Source: an uncultured Poribacteria bacterium
GTDB lineage: Bacteria > Poribacteria > WGA-4E > WGA-3G
DNA: 64,000 nucleotides
Direction: 5' to 3'
Assembly (NCBI GenBank): GCA_951813565.1
Contig: OX638351.1
Span: forward strand, 3,680,001-3,744,000
A program made the position numbers and the translations under genes. Positions 41,298 through 50,777 of the stretch are shown here, in pieces; within the stretch, counting starts at the first letter, position 1, and each line of letters opens with the position of its first letter. The notes beneath the pieces were generated by a model that worked only from the letters and a program-made list of their open reading frames with translations, did no database searches and was not told where the DNA came from.

Positions 41298-41501
41298 TTA
41301 GTCGGTAGTCGGACGTGGTGGGTTACCCCAGAGGCCGCTGATATAGCCAACGCGGTTGAAATCAGATACTTGGTGTGTGGTCAACACATTTGGATTCTTG
41401 GAAATGCTTGGGTAAAATTGGAGTTCACGACCCATTTCAGCGAGTTGTGCTGGAGTCGGCATAATTTTATCTGTTTTATAAGAGACCCGTTGGGTTGACA
41501 T
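41298..41501 (-). pseudogene. Probable internally deleted phytanoyl-CoA dioxygenase (PhyH-like) remnant
   Basis: LT..QV..FN..GYI N-terminal signature joined directly to WGNPPRPTTD*; no catalytic H-x-D core. Confidence 0.55.
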
Positions 41502-41594
41502 TGTTGTTTTACCTAATCTAAATTTTGAATTCATTTTACCATAAACACATCCAAAGTAGAAGAACTATAATACATTTTGAATTGAGGTTAATTA

Positions 41595-42719
41595 ATGGCG
41601 CATGCATATACCCCCGGACTTAAGGTCACGGAGGGGACGACAATTGAGAAAAAACGTAGGCTCCCGCTTGAAGGCGAAGTCCTTGTTGAAACTGGTGCTG
41701 CGGTTAAGGCTGAGGATATCGTGGCAAAGGCAGATTTGCCGGGCAACGTGCAGTTGCTAAACGTTGCCAATCTACTCAGTGTTCCACCGGAAGAAATCGC
41801 AGAATACATGCTCAAACCTGTAGGCGAAACTGTCTCAGAAGACGAAATTATCGCTACAACAAAAGGACTTTTCGGACTTTTCAAATCGCAGGCACATTCA
41901 CCGATTAGCGGCACGATTGAATCAATGTCCGATGTCACAGGACAAGTTATCCTTCGCGAACCTCCTATCCCTGTTGAACTCAAAGCATATACTGATGGCA
42001 CTGTGACTGAGACTATCCCAAAAGAAGGTGTCACTGTAGAAACTTATGGCACTTACATCCAAGGCATCTTCGGTGTTGGCGGTGAAACTTTAGGCGACTT
42101 AGTTATTGCGGTCAATTCTTCAAGTAAGGAGTTGACTGAAGAACAGATTTTGCCAGAACACAAAGACAGAATCCTCGTTGGCGGTGCACTCGTCACAACA
42201 GACGCAATTCAGAAAGCGATCCAACTTGGCGTCCAAGGCATCATCGCGGGCGGTATTGATGATGCGGATCTACGGCAACTTCTCGGCTATGAACTCGGCG
42301 TGGCAATTACCGGTTCTGAAGAACTCGGCATTACACTTGTCATCACCGAAGGATTTGGAAGTATCGAAATGGCGGAACACACTTTTGCACTGCTCAAGGA
42401 GCGCGAAGGCATGAAAACTTCCATCAACGGTGCAACCCAAATCCGGGCGGGTGTTGTTCGTCCGGAGATTGTTATCCCGTTCGTTTCCGAAGATGAAGAC
42501 ACAACCGCTGATGCTCTCGTAGGAATGTTAGAGATCGGCAGTCCTGTACGTGTTATTCGTGAACCGCATTTCGGAAAATTGGGACGCGTCACTGAATTGC
42601 CTATTGAACTACAACAATTGGAAACGGAAGCAGAAGTGCGGGTGCTTCAGGTTGAATTTGAAGACGGAGAAAAAATAACGCTGCCACGTGCTAACGTTGA
42701 AACAATTGAAAAGAGATAA
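41595..42719 (+). CDS. Conserved hypothetical protein (barrel-sandwich-hybrid-like segments, C-terminal KOW-like motif)
   Basis: MAHAYTPGL; GE.LV..G..V repeats; NGATQIRAGV.RPE; G..VRVIREP.FG.LG.V; GAGG RBS. Confidence 0.75.
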   Translation: MAHAYTPGLKVTEGTTIEKKRRLPLEGEVLVETGAAVKAEDIVAKADLPGNVQLLNVANLLSVPPEEIAEYMLKPVGETVSEDEIIATTKGLFGLFKSQAHSPISGTIESMSDVTGQVILREPPIPVELKAYTDGTVTETIPKEGVTVETYGTYIQGIFGVGGETLGDLVIAVNSSSKELTEEQILPEHKDRILVGGALVTTDAIQKAIQLGVQGIIAGGIDDADLRQLLGYELGVAITGSEELGITLVITEGFGSIEMAEHTFALLKEREGMKTSINGATQIRAGVVRPEIVIPFVSEDEDTTADALVGMLEIGSPVRVIREPHFGKLGRVTELPIELQQLETEAEVRVLQVEFEDGEKITLPRANVETIEKR

Positions 42720-42742
42720 GCCATCTTAACTGGAGATACGCC

Positions 42743-43153
42743 ATGCCAGACACAAACGAAAACACACAAGAACCCCAACAGCGAATTAATCGGCATTTCT
42801 TACGTTATCTACGTGAAGACGCCAAACTTACACGGGAACAACTTGCACAGGAAATGGATGTCGAAACCGAGTTAGTCCATCACTGGGAATCGGGAAGACG
42901 ACAACCGAGCCAAAGACACCAATTTGATTTAGAAAAATTGTTCGGTATTGAAGCAGGCGCACTCTGCCTCGAAATGCCACAACTCCTCATTGAAGATTTC
43001 AGCGCCGCATATTTTGGCGATGAAGACGCACGCGCAAGAATTGATTGGGTAGATGAGAAAAAACGATTAGCACAAGTACTTTCTATAATTCCGTCCACGA
43101 AAAAATTGCCAACCGCAGAACTTGTCACAGCGTTGCTCGAAGAACTCCTATAG
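42743..43153 (+). CDS. Xre/HTH_3 transcriptional regulator
   Basis: LRYLRE...LT.EQLA......LV.HWESGRRQP. Confidence 0.85.
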   Translation: MPDTNENTQEPQQRINRHFLRYLREDAKLTREQLAQEMDVETELVHHWESGRRQPSQRHQFDLEKLFGIEAGALCLEMPQLLIEDFSAAYFGDEDARARIDWVDEKKRLAQVLSIIPSTKKLPTAELVTALLEELL

Positions 43154-43304
43154 CGAATATTCACACTGCCCCACTGTTTTTTCCTTTTTGGGTGAATTTA
43201 GCAGAATTGATTGAAAATCCTAACCCCTAAAATTTCCTTTTAACGCAACTTTTTACATAATTTGCATAATTGTTGTCAAAAAACTATAATTTATTGTTAA
43301 TTAC

Positions 43305-43396
43305 TTGACATTTATTGATTATTTATGTATAATTATTGTTAATATAACGCAATTCAGTGTTAATTGCTTGACATTTGATTGCATCTATTGTATAAT
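43305..43396 (+). promoter_or_regulatory. Two tandem perfect-consensus sigma70 promoters
   Basis: TTGACA(43305)-17-TATAAT(43328) and TTGACA(43368)-17-TATAAT(43391). Confidence 0.8.
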
Positions 43397-43544
43397 TATT
43401 GTTAATCACTGAGAGATAACGCACTAAAAAGAGACGCGCATGGTGCGCGTCCTCCACTGACGAGTGAAAAACCACGGTGCATCGAGCAAACTCTCATAAC
43501 AGGCATGCCGTTGTGGCATGTTGCACAACAATCGGAGGTTATAG

Positions 43545-44327
43545 ATGACTCGAGACATCATCACTAATAAATGGTTTATTGGTGCTATTGCCCTCCTGAT
43601 AATAATTGCTGGTGCGTGTTATTTATGGTACCGATATGACACGGCACCTTATAGACAAGAGGCAGCCGAATCCGCTAAGTTACTCCGTCAACGGGAAGCA
43701 ACCCAAAAAGCGGAGACTGAGAACGCGGAAAAACAGGCAGCCGATGTGACACCTGCGGAAAGCACAACGCCAACCGCAGAGAAATCTATCAACGGGTCAA
43801 CCGCTGAAGTGGAAAATAACACCGAAGCGGACAAACAACAGTCAGATACGCCAGCGGAAACACAGGCCGCAGCGGATGTGCACACCTCACTATACGGGTT
43901 AGGTGCTTATCCTGAGATCCCGAAGGGGTTTTATTCTCAGGATCCGGAAGTCGTATTTGGTGGCGGTAGTATCGAATTTGAATTAATGGCGCGTGTTCGT
44001 ATAGAACTATTTAAACGCGGTATAATCACGACGAGTGTGACAATGAGTGATCAAACAGGTTTAGTATATCCTATTGTAGAAGGTGAAGTTTATGTAAGTT
44101 GGGGATACGGTAATTTTCCCGGTATAGGCGAGCAAAGATACGCTGTAGAAATTTCGGGTTCCCGTAAAACGATGAGTAGGATCAGAAATAATGTAAGGAA
44201 TCGGGAGTCACCGCTTCCTGTAGAAATTCGGCAAATTACCGAGCTTGATATTCCACAAGATGTCGTTGTCAAAACGGTTCAGGAAGGCATAGAACCGTAT
44301 AAATTTCTGAGTCTAAAACAACCTTAA
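43545..44327 (+). CDS. N-terminally membrane-anchored hypothetical protein (cassette gene A1)
   Basis: GGAGG RBS; TM at about residues 10-29; paralog at 45304. Confidence 0.85.
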   Translation: MTRDIITNKWFIGAIALLIIIAGACYLWYRYDTAPYRQEAAESAKLLRQREATQKAETENAEKQAADVTPAESTTPTAEKSINGSTAEVENNTEADKQQSDTPAETQAAADVHTSLYGLGAYPEIPKGFYSQDPEVVFGGGSIEFELMARVRIELFKRGIITTSVTMSDQTGLVYPIVEGEVYVSWGYGNFPGIGEQRYAVEISGSRKTMSRIRNNVRNRESPLPVEIRQITELDIPQDVVVKTVQEGIEPYKFLSLKQP

Positions 44328-44355
44328 CCTTAAATCCAAAATAAGGAGTATTTCG

Positions 44356-44880
44356 ATGAAGAGATTCTTAATTTTCACAACAATTGCAATAAGCCTATTT
44401 TCTATTGCATACATTTCAGTAGCTAGAAACAATGGTGGATCGGGATGGGCTCCCATTAATATGGGTAGATATACAGGATCAGTAGCGTGGGGACATGATG
44501 CGGGTATAGATTTATATTCTAATGCTTATACAGGAGTATTTAGACGCGCTGCGGATCCAGATAGTGAGATCGAAGCTGAACGAAAGGTCGTCTACAATTG
44601 GTCTGCATCTGCTAATGTTGGGTATAACGGAAATGATGAAAGTACTAAAGGTGACTATAGCGTACATGCTAAAATACTCACTTATTCTCAAGATAGATCC
44701 GGCAAATGGGATGGTGGAGACCTTGATATAAATGGAGGATTTTATGTGCAAATGTCTCCACCACCAGATGGCGTTGTTCTTGATAGAAATGATTGTTCGT
44801 CATATGGTGGGGCTAATAGAAGACGAGGCTTGCTAGGAAAAGTTGTAGATTACACAGTGGCATTTGTTAATTACCCTTAG
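44356..44880 (+). CDS. Secreted hypothetical protein (cassette gene B1)
   Basis: AAGGAG RBS; MKRFLIF...ISVA signal peptide; Gly/Tyr/Asn-rich. Confidence 0.8.
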   Translation: MKRFLIFTTIAISLFSIAYISVARNNGGSGWAPINMGRYTGSVAWGHDAGIDLYSNAYTGVFRRAADPDSEIEAERKVVYNWSASANVGYNGNDESTKGDYSVHAKILTYSQDRSGKWDGGDLDINGGFYVQMSPPPDGVVLDRNDCSSYGGANRRRGLLGKVVDYTVAFVNYP

Positions 44881-44936
44881 TACTGAAGTTGTATGGTACC
44901 AGTGTTTACATACTCTGGTAGTATTTATCGTAACAC

Positions 44937-44974
44937 AGGCAGGTATCCGCTTGGGTATCTGCCTTTACTTTTTT
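44937..44974 (+). terminator. Rho-independent terminator after cassette 1
   Basis: aggcaggtatcc-gctt-gggtatctgcct stem followed by ttactttttt. Confidence 0.75.
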
Positions 44975-45303
44975 ACCTACCTTCCAGTTTTTTATTACGT
45001 TTTTGTTCCCTAAATCTCTGCTATAAATTTAGTGGCGATTTCACCATACCCACAATATCAGAAAAATAGCACAACTTCGCATAATATCCCATCACCCGTT
45101 TCACATAAATTATTGTTAATTGCTTGAGCATTTTGTTTCAGTTCTTGTATAATTGTTGTTAATTACTGAAGATACCTCACCGAACACACAAAGCGCATGG
45201 TGCGCGTCCTGCACTGACAAGTGGAAAACCACGGTGCATCACAAAAAATCTCTCATAACAGACATGCCGTTGTGGCATGTTGCACAACAATCGGAGGTTA
45301 TAG

Positions 45304-46029
45304 ATGACTCGAGACATCATCACTAATAAATGGTTTATTGGTGCTATTGCCCTCCTGATAATAATTGCTGGTGCGTGTTATTTATGGTACCAACACGATA
45401 CGGCACCCTATAGGCAAGAGGCAGCCGAAACCGCTAAGTTACTCCGTCAACGGGAAGCAACCCAAAAAGCGGTAAACAACGAGGCAGAACAAGCAGCCGA
45501 TGTGACACCTGTGGAAAGCACAACGCCAACCGCAGAGAAACCTATAACCGAAATGACTGATGAAGTGTTGGAAATAGGTGCGAAAACCGATACTGCAGTG
45601 GAGAATGTTTCTGCCTCTAAGCAGGGAACGGAAAACGCTGAAGAAGTACGCGTTTCTCCTCACGGTTTTGGACCTTATCCAGAGGTACCAGAGGATTTTC
45701 CTAAAAACGTTGATTGGTCTGACTATGAAAATGACCTCCCCATCTATGAATTAATGATACGCGTACGAATCAAATTATGGAAACAAGGACACCGTACTGC
45801 AGGTATCGGTGAAGAAAATGGGTTGCTGTATCCTATCATGCGCGGTACCGCTTACATCCAGTGGAGTGATGATGGCAAAGAAATAATCGGAATCACAGGA
45901 CATCCAGAGGATATGTCTGACACTGTTGTTGATCAAATATACGAGTCTGGCACATTTCCAGCGTGGCTTACAGTTATTAATCGTGAAAAAGCGGGTATAG
46001 ACCCGTATAAATTTCTTAACCTACAATAA
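45304..46029 (+). CDS. N-terminally membrane-anchored hypothetical protein (cassette gene A2)
   Basis: First ~80 aa nearly identical to A1; shared G.G.YPE.P, ELM.RVRI.L.K.G, GL.YPI..G and GI.PYKFL.L motifs. Confidence 0.85.
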   Translation: MTRDIITNKWFIGAIALLIIIAGACYLWYQHDTAPYRQEAAETAKLLRQREATQKAVNNEAEQAADVTPVESTTPTAEKPITEMTDEVLEIGAKTDTAVENVSASKQGTENAEEVRVSPHGFGPYPEVPEDFPKNVDWSDYENDLPIYELMIRVRIKLWKQGHRTAGIGEENGLLYPIMRGTAYIQWSDDGKEIIGITGHPEDMSDTVVDQIYESGTFPAWLTVINREKAGIDPYKFLNLQ

Positions 46030-46045
46030 CAAGGAGTCAATTCTT

Positions 46046-46332
46046 ATGAAAAGGATTTTCAGTTTTCTCATTCTCGTTTTGATAAGTAGTACTGTTTTTT
46101 CTCACCACAAACCGTGGGAAAATCGGGTGCAACACGATTACGACACATATACACGAGATAATACTTACGCAACGGCAATTGATCAGTACCCTCTTAATAC
46201 TGCTCCAATACTCAGGTCACGTGCTCGGACATCAGCCAAGAATAATAATGATGAAAATTATCATCGATGGGTAGCAACCTCGGATGTAAGGTGCAATAAC
46301 GATGAATATAAAGGTCATTGGGGTTTTAGTAA
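46046..46332 (+). pseudogene. Secreted hypothetical protein (cassette gene B2) truncated by IS1634
   Basis: AAGGAG RBS, signal peptide; reading frame runs into the IS left end and stops at 46354. Confidence 0.75.
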
Positions 46333-48052
46333 CCTACACTCCGCAGTTGTTTAATCAGATTTTGAGTATTTATGTTATACTCTTTATATCTTGCATATAA
46401 GGAGGTAATATCATTACTCAACCTACTTTTACAACTCAGCGTTTAGATCACCTCGGCATAGTTGCCGGTGTGTGTGATCGTATTGGCTTGATAGACACGA
46501 TTGATACTTTTATTGGTCCAACGAAACGGAAAGTTTCAGTGGGTGAAGCTGTGTCCGCAATGATCTTGAATGCTTTAGGTTTTGTTTCACGCCCTCTCTA
46601 CTTGACACCAGAGTTTTTTGAAAATAAACCTGTAGACCTGTTGATCCGTCCTCACCTCTGTGCTGCCGATTTTACGGACGATAGTCTGGGGCGTGCCTTA
46701 GATACACTTTATGAAAATGGGGTCACTGAACTTTTTGCGACGATTGCGTCCAAGGCGTTATCAACATTTGACATAGACCATCGTTTTGTTCATCTGGATA
46801 GCACTACTTTTAGTTTTCATGGGAACTATGATACCGAAACAGATGATGAACACGCGATCCAAATCACTCACGGGTATAGTCGTGATCAGCGCCCTGATCT
46901 CAAACAAGTGGTTGTTCAACTTCTATGTTCTTATCGGTCTCAGTTCCCTGTATGGTTCAAAGCACTTGATGGAAATCAGGCTGATAAAACAAGTTTTCCT
47001 GACACGATCCGAGCGTATCTGGCTCAAATGCGTGGCAGTGATGCGCCCTATTTTGTAGCGGATAGTGCGCTTTATACTGCCCGTAACATTGCTGTGCTCA
47101 GTGATGTGCGTTTCATTACGCGTGTTCCTGAAACACTCAAAGCTGTCAAAGAACTTTATCAAACTATCTCTACTGAAGATATGCAGCCAGCACCGCTTGA
47201 GGGGTATCGTTATCTTTCGGTGGATAGCAGCTATGGAGATATCCCGCAAAGATGGCTAATTGTTTATTCCGAAGCAGCGTATCATCGTGAAGTGGCGACT
47301 TTAGAAAAAAAGATTGCCAAAGCACAGACTGTTGCTGAAACATCTCTCAAACGCTTGCGAAATAAATCGTTTGATACCAACTCAGCGGTTGAAGCTGCCG
47401 TGTCAGAAATATCCAAGTCTTGGAAGTATCATAAACCATGCGTCTCCATTATCTCTGTTCCACATTACACAACATCGGGACGACCGAAAAAAACAGATAA
47501 CCCCACACACTTTCGTTATCGTATTGAGGGCGAAGCTGTTGCGAATATAGAAGCGATTGAAAAACTCAAACGCAGCAAAGGCAGATTTGTGTTAGCTACC
47601 AATGAGTTAGATACAACTTTACTTGACGATGCCACTATTCTTGAAGCCTATAAAGCACAGAACATCTCTGTGGAACGCGGTTTTCGGTTTTTGAAAGACC
47701 CTTTATTCTTTGCCAATAGTCTATATTTAGAAAAACCCCAACGGATCATGGCATTACTGATGGTGATGGGACTTTCGCTACTTGTTTATGCGCTTGCGGA
47801 ACAATGGGTTCGGTTGGAATTAGAAAAACAGGAACAAACAATACCCAACCAAGTCGGTAAACCCACGCAAACCCCAACGCTCCGACGCATCTTTCAAATG
47901 TTTGAAAATATTGACGTATTATTGATAGAACAAAACGATCATATACAACGCACTATCGTAAACCTAAATGTAATACAGTCTAAGATTATCAACATATTAG
48001 GAATAGAAGTCAAAAATGTTTATTTTCCAGATCCATAACTGCGGAGTGTAGG
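46333..48052 (+). mobile_element. IS1634-family insertion sequence
   Basis: Perfect IR cctacactccgcagtt / aactgcggagtgtagg around a DDE transposase; no target duplication visible. Confidence 0.92.
46413..48038 (+). CDS. IS1634-family transposase (probable ATT start)
   Basis: RLDHLGIVAG, HLDSTTF, GYSRD.RPDLKQ, VADSALY, Y..Q..VERGFRFLKDP. Confidence 0.92.
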   Translation: MTQPTFTTQRLDHLGIVAGVCDRIGLIDTIDTFIGPTKRKVSVGEAVSAMILNALGFVSRPLYLTPEFFENKPVDLLIRPHLCAADFTDDSLGRALDTLYENGVTELFATIASKALSTFDIDHRFVHLDSTTFSFHGNYDTETDDEHAIQITHGYSRDQRPDLKQVVVQLLCSYRSQFPVWFKALDGNQADKTSFPDTIRAYLAQMRGSDAPYFVADSALYTARNIAVLSDVRFITRVPETLKAVKELYQTISTEDMQPAPLEGYRYLSVDSSYGDIPQRWLIVYSEAAYHREVATLEKKIAKAQTVAETSLKRLRNKSFDTNSAVEAAVSEISKSWKYHKPCVSIISVPHYTTSGRPKKTDNPTHFRYRIEGEAVANIEAIEKLKRSKGRFVLATNELDTTLLDDATILEAYKAQNISVERGFRFLKDPLFFANSLYLEKPQRIMALLMVMGLSLLVYALAEQWVRLELEKQEQTIPNQVGKPTQTPTLRRIFQMFENIDVLLIEQNDHIQRTIVNLNVIQSKIINILGIEVKNVYFPDP

Positions 48053-48391
48053 TTTAAACTAATATTTCTACATAAATTGCATAAATTGTCGCATAACGTT
48101 ACCTCTCTAAACCATAACTCTGAGTAACACACATTAACTAAAAATTCTTAAAACTAAATAACCCTGGTTGGTATTGCTTTTGTTTGAATCTCGGATTATT
48201 GAGGAAGGCTCTATAGTGCGTCTTAAGAAAAAGGCGTTTGTAGTCGCGCAATTGATTGCGCCTCTTACACATATACATGTGAACGTGGCAACTTGAATGT
48301 CTCTGAAATAAAGGTTGAAATCTGGGAAGAAAATAAAGTGAAACCCAACATTACCGTTTATTTATGTGATGGAACGATATGTTGAGTTTTA

Positions 48392-49299
48392 TAGTAAATC
48401 CCGTAATTACTTATACACTTTTATAATATCATCAATAGAGGTCTCAGCGTTGTATTGACGTATCCGCTTGATGTTGGCGAAATCCTTCTCAATCGGGTTC
48501 AACTCCGGTGAATACGGCGGTAAAAACAACAAACTCGCACCGCAATCCCGGATCAATGCCGCCGTCTGTGAACCTTTGTGGAAAGACGCATTATCCATAA
48601 TCACAACATGGCTATCGTCAAGCAATGGACACAACATTTCCGAAAGCCAACTGTTGAAGGCGACCGCGTCGCAACTGCCCTCGAAAAGCACAGGTGCTGT
48701 GAAACATCCATCAAGCCTTGCAGCAATCAGCGTCGTGGTGGTATACCGATGGCTTGGCACTTTATCTTCAACACGGACACCTTTCGGGGCATAAGCATAC
48801 CGACGGAAAGTGGTTTCAGTGAAACCACTTTCGTCAAGATAAACCGGTGTTTTGCCATGCGCCTGTGTCTCTTGTTGAAGTGCCGAAAGATACTCTTGGC
48901 GTTTTATCGGACACTGTTCTTTGTAGGTCGTGGTCTTTTTTTTCGCGTGATATTGAGTTTTGAGAAGGCATAAAAGATGCCATTTGTTGAAACACCGAAG
49001 TGTTTAGCACGTTCGGCGAGTGTGGAATCTGGGAAATCGGCAACATGTTGCTGAAGTGCGTCATAATCAATATCTCGGGGCCCTTTGGGTCCCGGTTTTT
49101 CACAGGCGAAGGGGTCTTCTGCTTCCAACCAGTTATAGATCGTTCTTCTTGAGACACGAAAAGTGCGTTCTGCGGCGGCTTTACTGCCACCATTATTGAT
49201 GAAATCAAGCACGCGTTTGCGTAAATCTGTTGAATATGCCATAATTATAAAGGCTAGCATAAATCCCAGAAAATGTAAACTTATTTTCAATATCTACTA
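48392..49299 (-). mobile_element. IS630-family insertion sequence with TA duplication
   Basis: TA|tagtaaat...atctacta|TA flanking a split transposase. Confidence 0.9.
48407..49242 (-). CDS. IS630 transposase, two frames joined by a -1 shift at A8G (48935-48943)
   Basis: MAYSTDLR HTH ORF; the shifted frame gives YLDESGF, MDNASFH and LPPYSPELNPIE with no stop. Confidence 0.9.
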
Positions 49300-49345
49300 T
49301 AATAGTACGAACTTCTCCGTGGACCTACGGTTAGTATCGGATACA

Positions 49346-50209
49346 TCAAGAGGTTCCATCTTCACTATCAGCGACTTGCGTCCGAAGTCGTTCTAACTCA
49401 GCTTCTAACGCCTGTCGCCGTTCAGCTTCCTGTTTAGCAAGTGTCTCTGCTGCTTGTCGACGCTCTGCTGCTTCTGCTGCCATTGCCTCTGCTTGCTCTC
49501 GCAGGTGTTGCTCTTGTTCTCTGAGTTGTTTTTCTTGCTTACGGAGTTGTTGTTCTTCCATAGAAGTCGTTATCGGTGTGCCATCAGGAAGGGACGGGCG
49601 CAATAGTCTTACATGTGTCAATAGGTCATCTTTCCATCGAAACCAGAGATTTAACGCATTACTGAACAATCCACCTTCGGCATCAGGCACAATCTCAGTA
49701 TAACTCCCAGAAGTACTCCGCTGCCAACCGCGAAATTCCGCTGGTTTCTCCATTTCAGGTTGATGGATAAAGTATTCTTGAACACCTATTTCAGTCATAT
49801 ACAAGTCTACTTTTTTCTGACGATCCAGATGTGCAATTGAGTCAGAGAGAAATTCAAAAACAGCAACGGGCACCGCACCTTCTGCCCACGTATAGAAACT
49901 ACGGCGCAATGGGTATTTATCAACACCAAACACGATGTGGATATCGGGGGCAACACATTTTGTGATGTCACCTTCGCTATAATAGATAAAACTGTCAACG
50001 GCAATGTGAACCAGATCGTTGATTGCGAAATATCGCTTGAGTTGGTCAGATAACGTAGTTATCTGTTCAGCATGAAAATCGGTTTCAGCCATAGGTTCGT
50101 CGTCCTCACACGGATAACCTTCTATGTAAATGGTCAGTTTTCCACTCGCTTTTGGAAAAACTGGCATATACTTTTTTTGTTTAATTCTGAAATCGTTTAG
50201 AGTATCCAT
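49346..50209 (-). CDS. Uma2-family (PD-(D/E)xK) endonuclease with coiled-coil tail
   Basis: PMAETDFH, VAPD, FEFLS, K..LY...GV.EYF; E/Q/A-rich tail; GGAG RBS. Confidence 0.88.
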   Translation of the reverse strand: MDTLNDFRIKQKKYMPVFPKASGKLTIYIEGYPCEDDEPMAETDFHAEQITTLSDQLKRYFAINDLVHIAVDSFIYYSEGDITKCVAPDIHIVFGVDKYPLRRSFYTWAEGAVPVAVFEFLSDSIAHLDRQKKVDLYMTEIGVQEYFIHQPEMEKPAEFRGWQRSTSGSYTEIVPDAEGGLFSNALNLWFRWKDDLLTHVRLLRPSLPDGTPITTSMEEQQLRKQEKQLREQEQHLREQAEAMAAEAAERRQAAETLAKQEAERRQALEAELERLRTQVADSEDGTS

Positions 50210-50454
50210 GATTTTCTCCGTTGTGTATTCAGGGCAAGAACTATTTAAGGAACACTCAGGCTGTTTGAAAATATCACAAAACAGTCTTATCATTTCTTTT
50301 GATTTTAACAGAAAATACATGATTTTTCAAGGTAATTGTGAACGGGTGTGTAAAGTTTTTGTAGAAATCCGCACAACTCCTATTGTAGGGGCGGGACTCT
50401 GTGCCCGCCCGTTGTTTGGAAACATCAGTTAAGGCGAGGCACAGGGACCCCGCC

Positions 50455-50587
50455 CATAGGCGTCAATTTAAGCACACAATTACCAGATTGCCTCTTGTGG
50501 GAGGGCTTTATAAGCCCGATTTATATGTATTTATCGGGGTTGAAAACCCCTCCCACAAGAGGGTATATCCTTAAATTGACGGCTATG
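50455..50587. mobile_element. MITE with CATAGGCGTCAATTTAAG termini inserted in a REP palindrome
   Basis: 17/18 IR; flanks duplicate ggcac(a)gggaccccgc, the right copy being interrupted by a 35-nt hairpin. Confidence 0.8.
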
Positions 50588-50777
50588 GGGCACCAAATCA
50601 ACGGTATGAATGCCTTATGGCATTCCCCGGGACCCCGCTCTACAGTGGAAAACGCCGCGTAATCATTGCAAATTGAACCTATGTAACCAAATATTTACAC
50701 ACCCATGTGAACAAAAAACGCGAGGTACAACAACCTCGCCCTACAAGTTTTCCAAGATTTGTATAATGGTTAATAGC

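Noticed and set aside
43457..43490. CTGACGAG...GAAA resembling a hammerhead ribozyme core
   Set aside because: No GAAA after stem II, no convincing stems I and III, and the second copy reads CTGACAA
43545..46354. Diversity-generating retroelement explanation for the duplicated cassette
   Set aside because: No reverse transcriptase in the window, the shared block is at the 5' end, and differences are not adenine-specific
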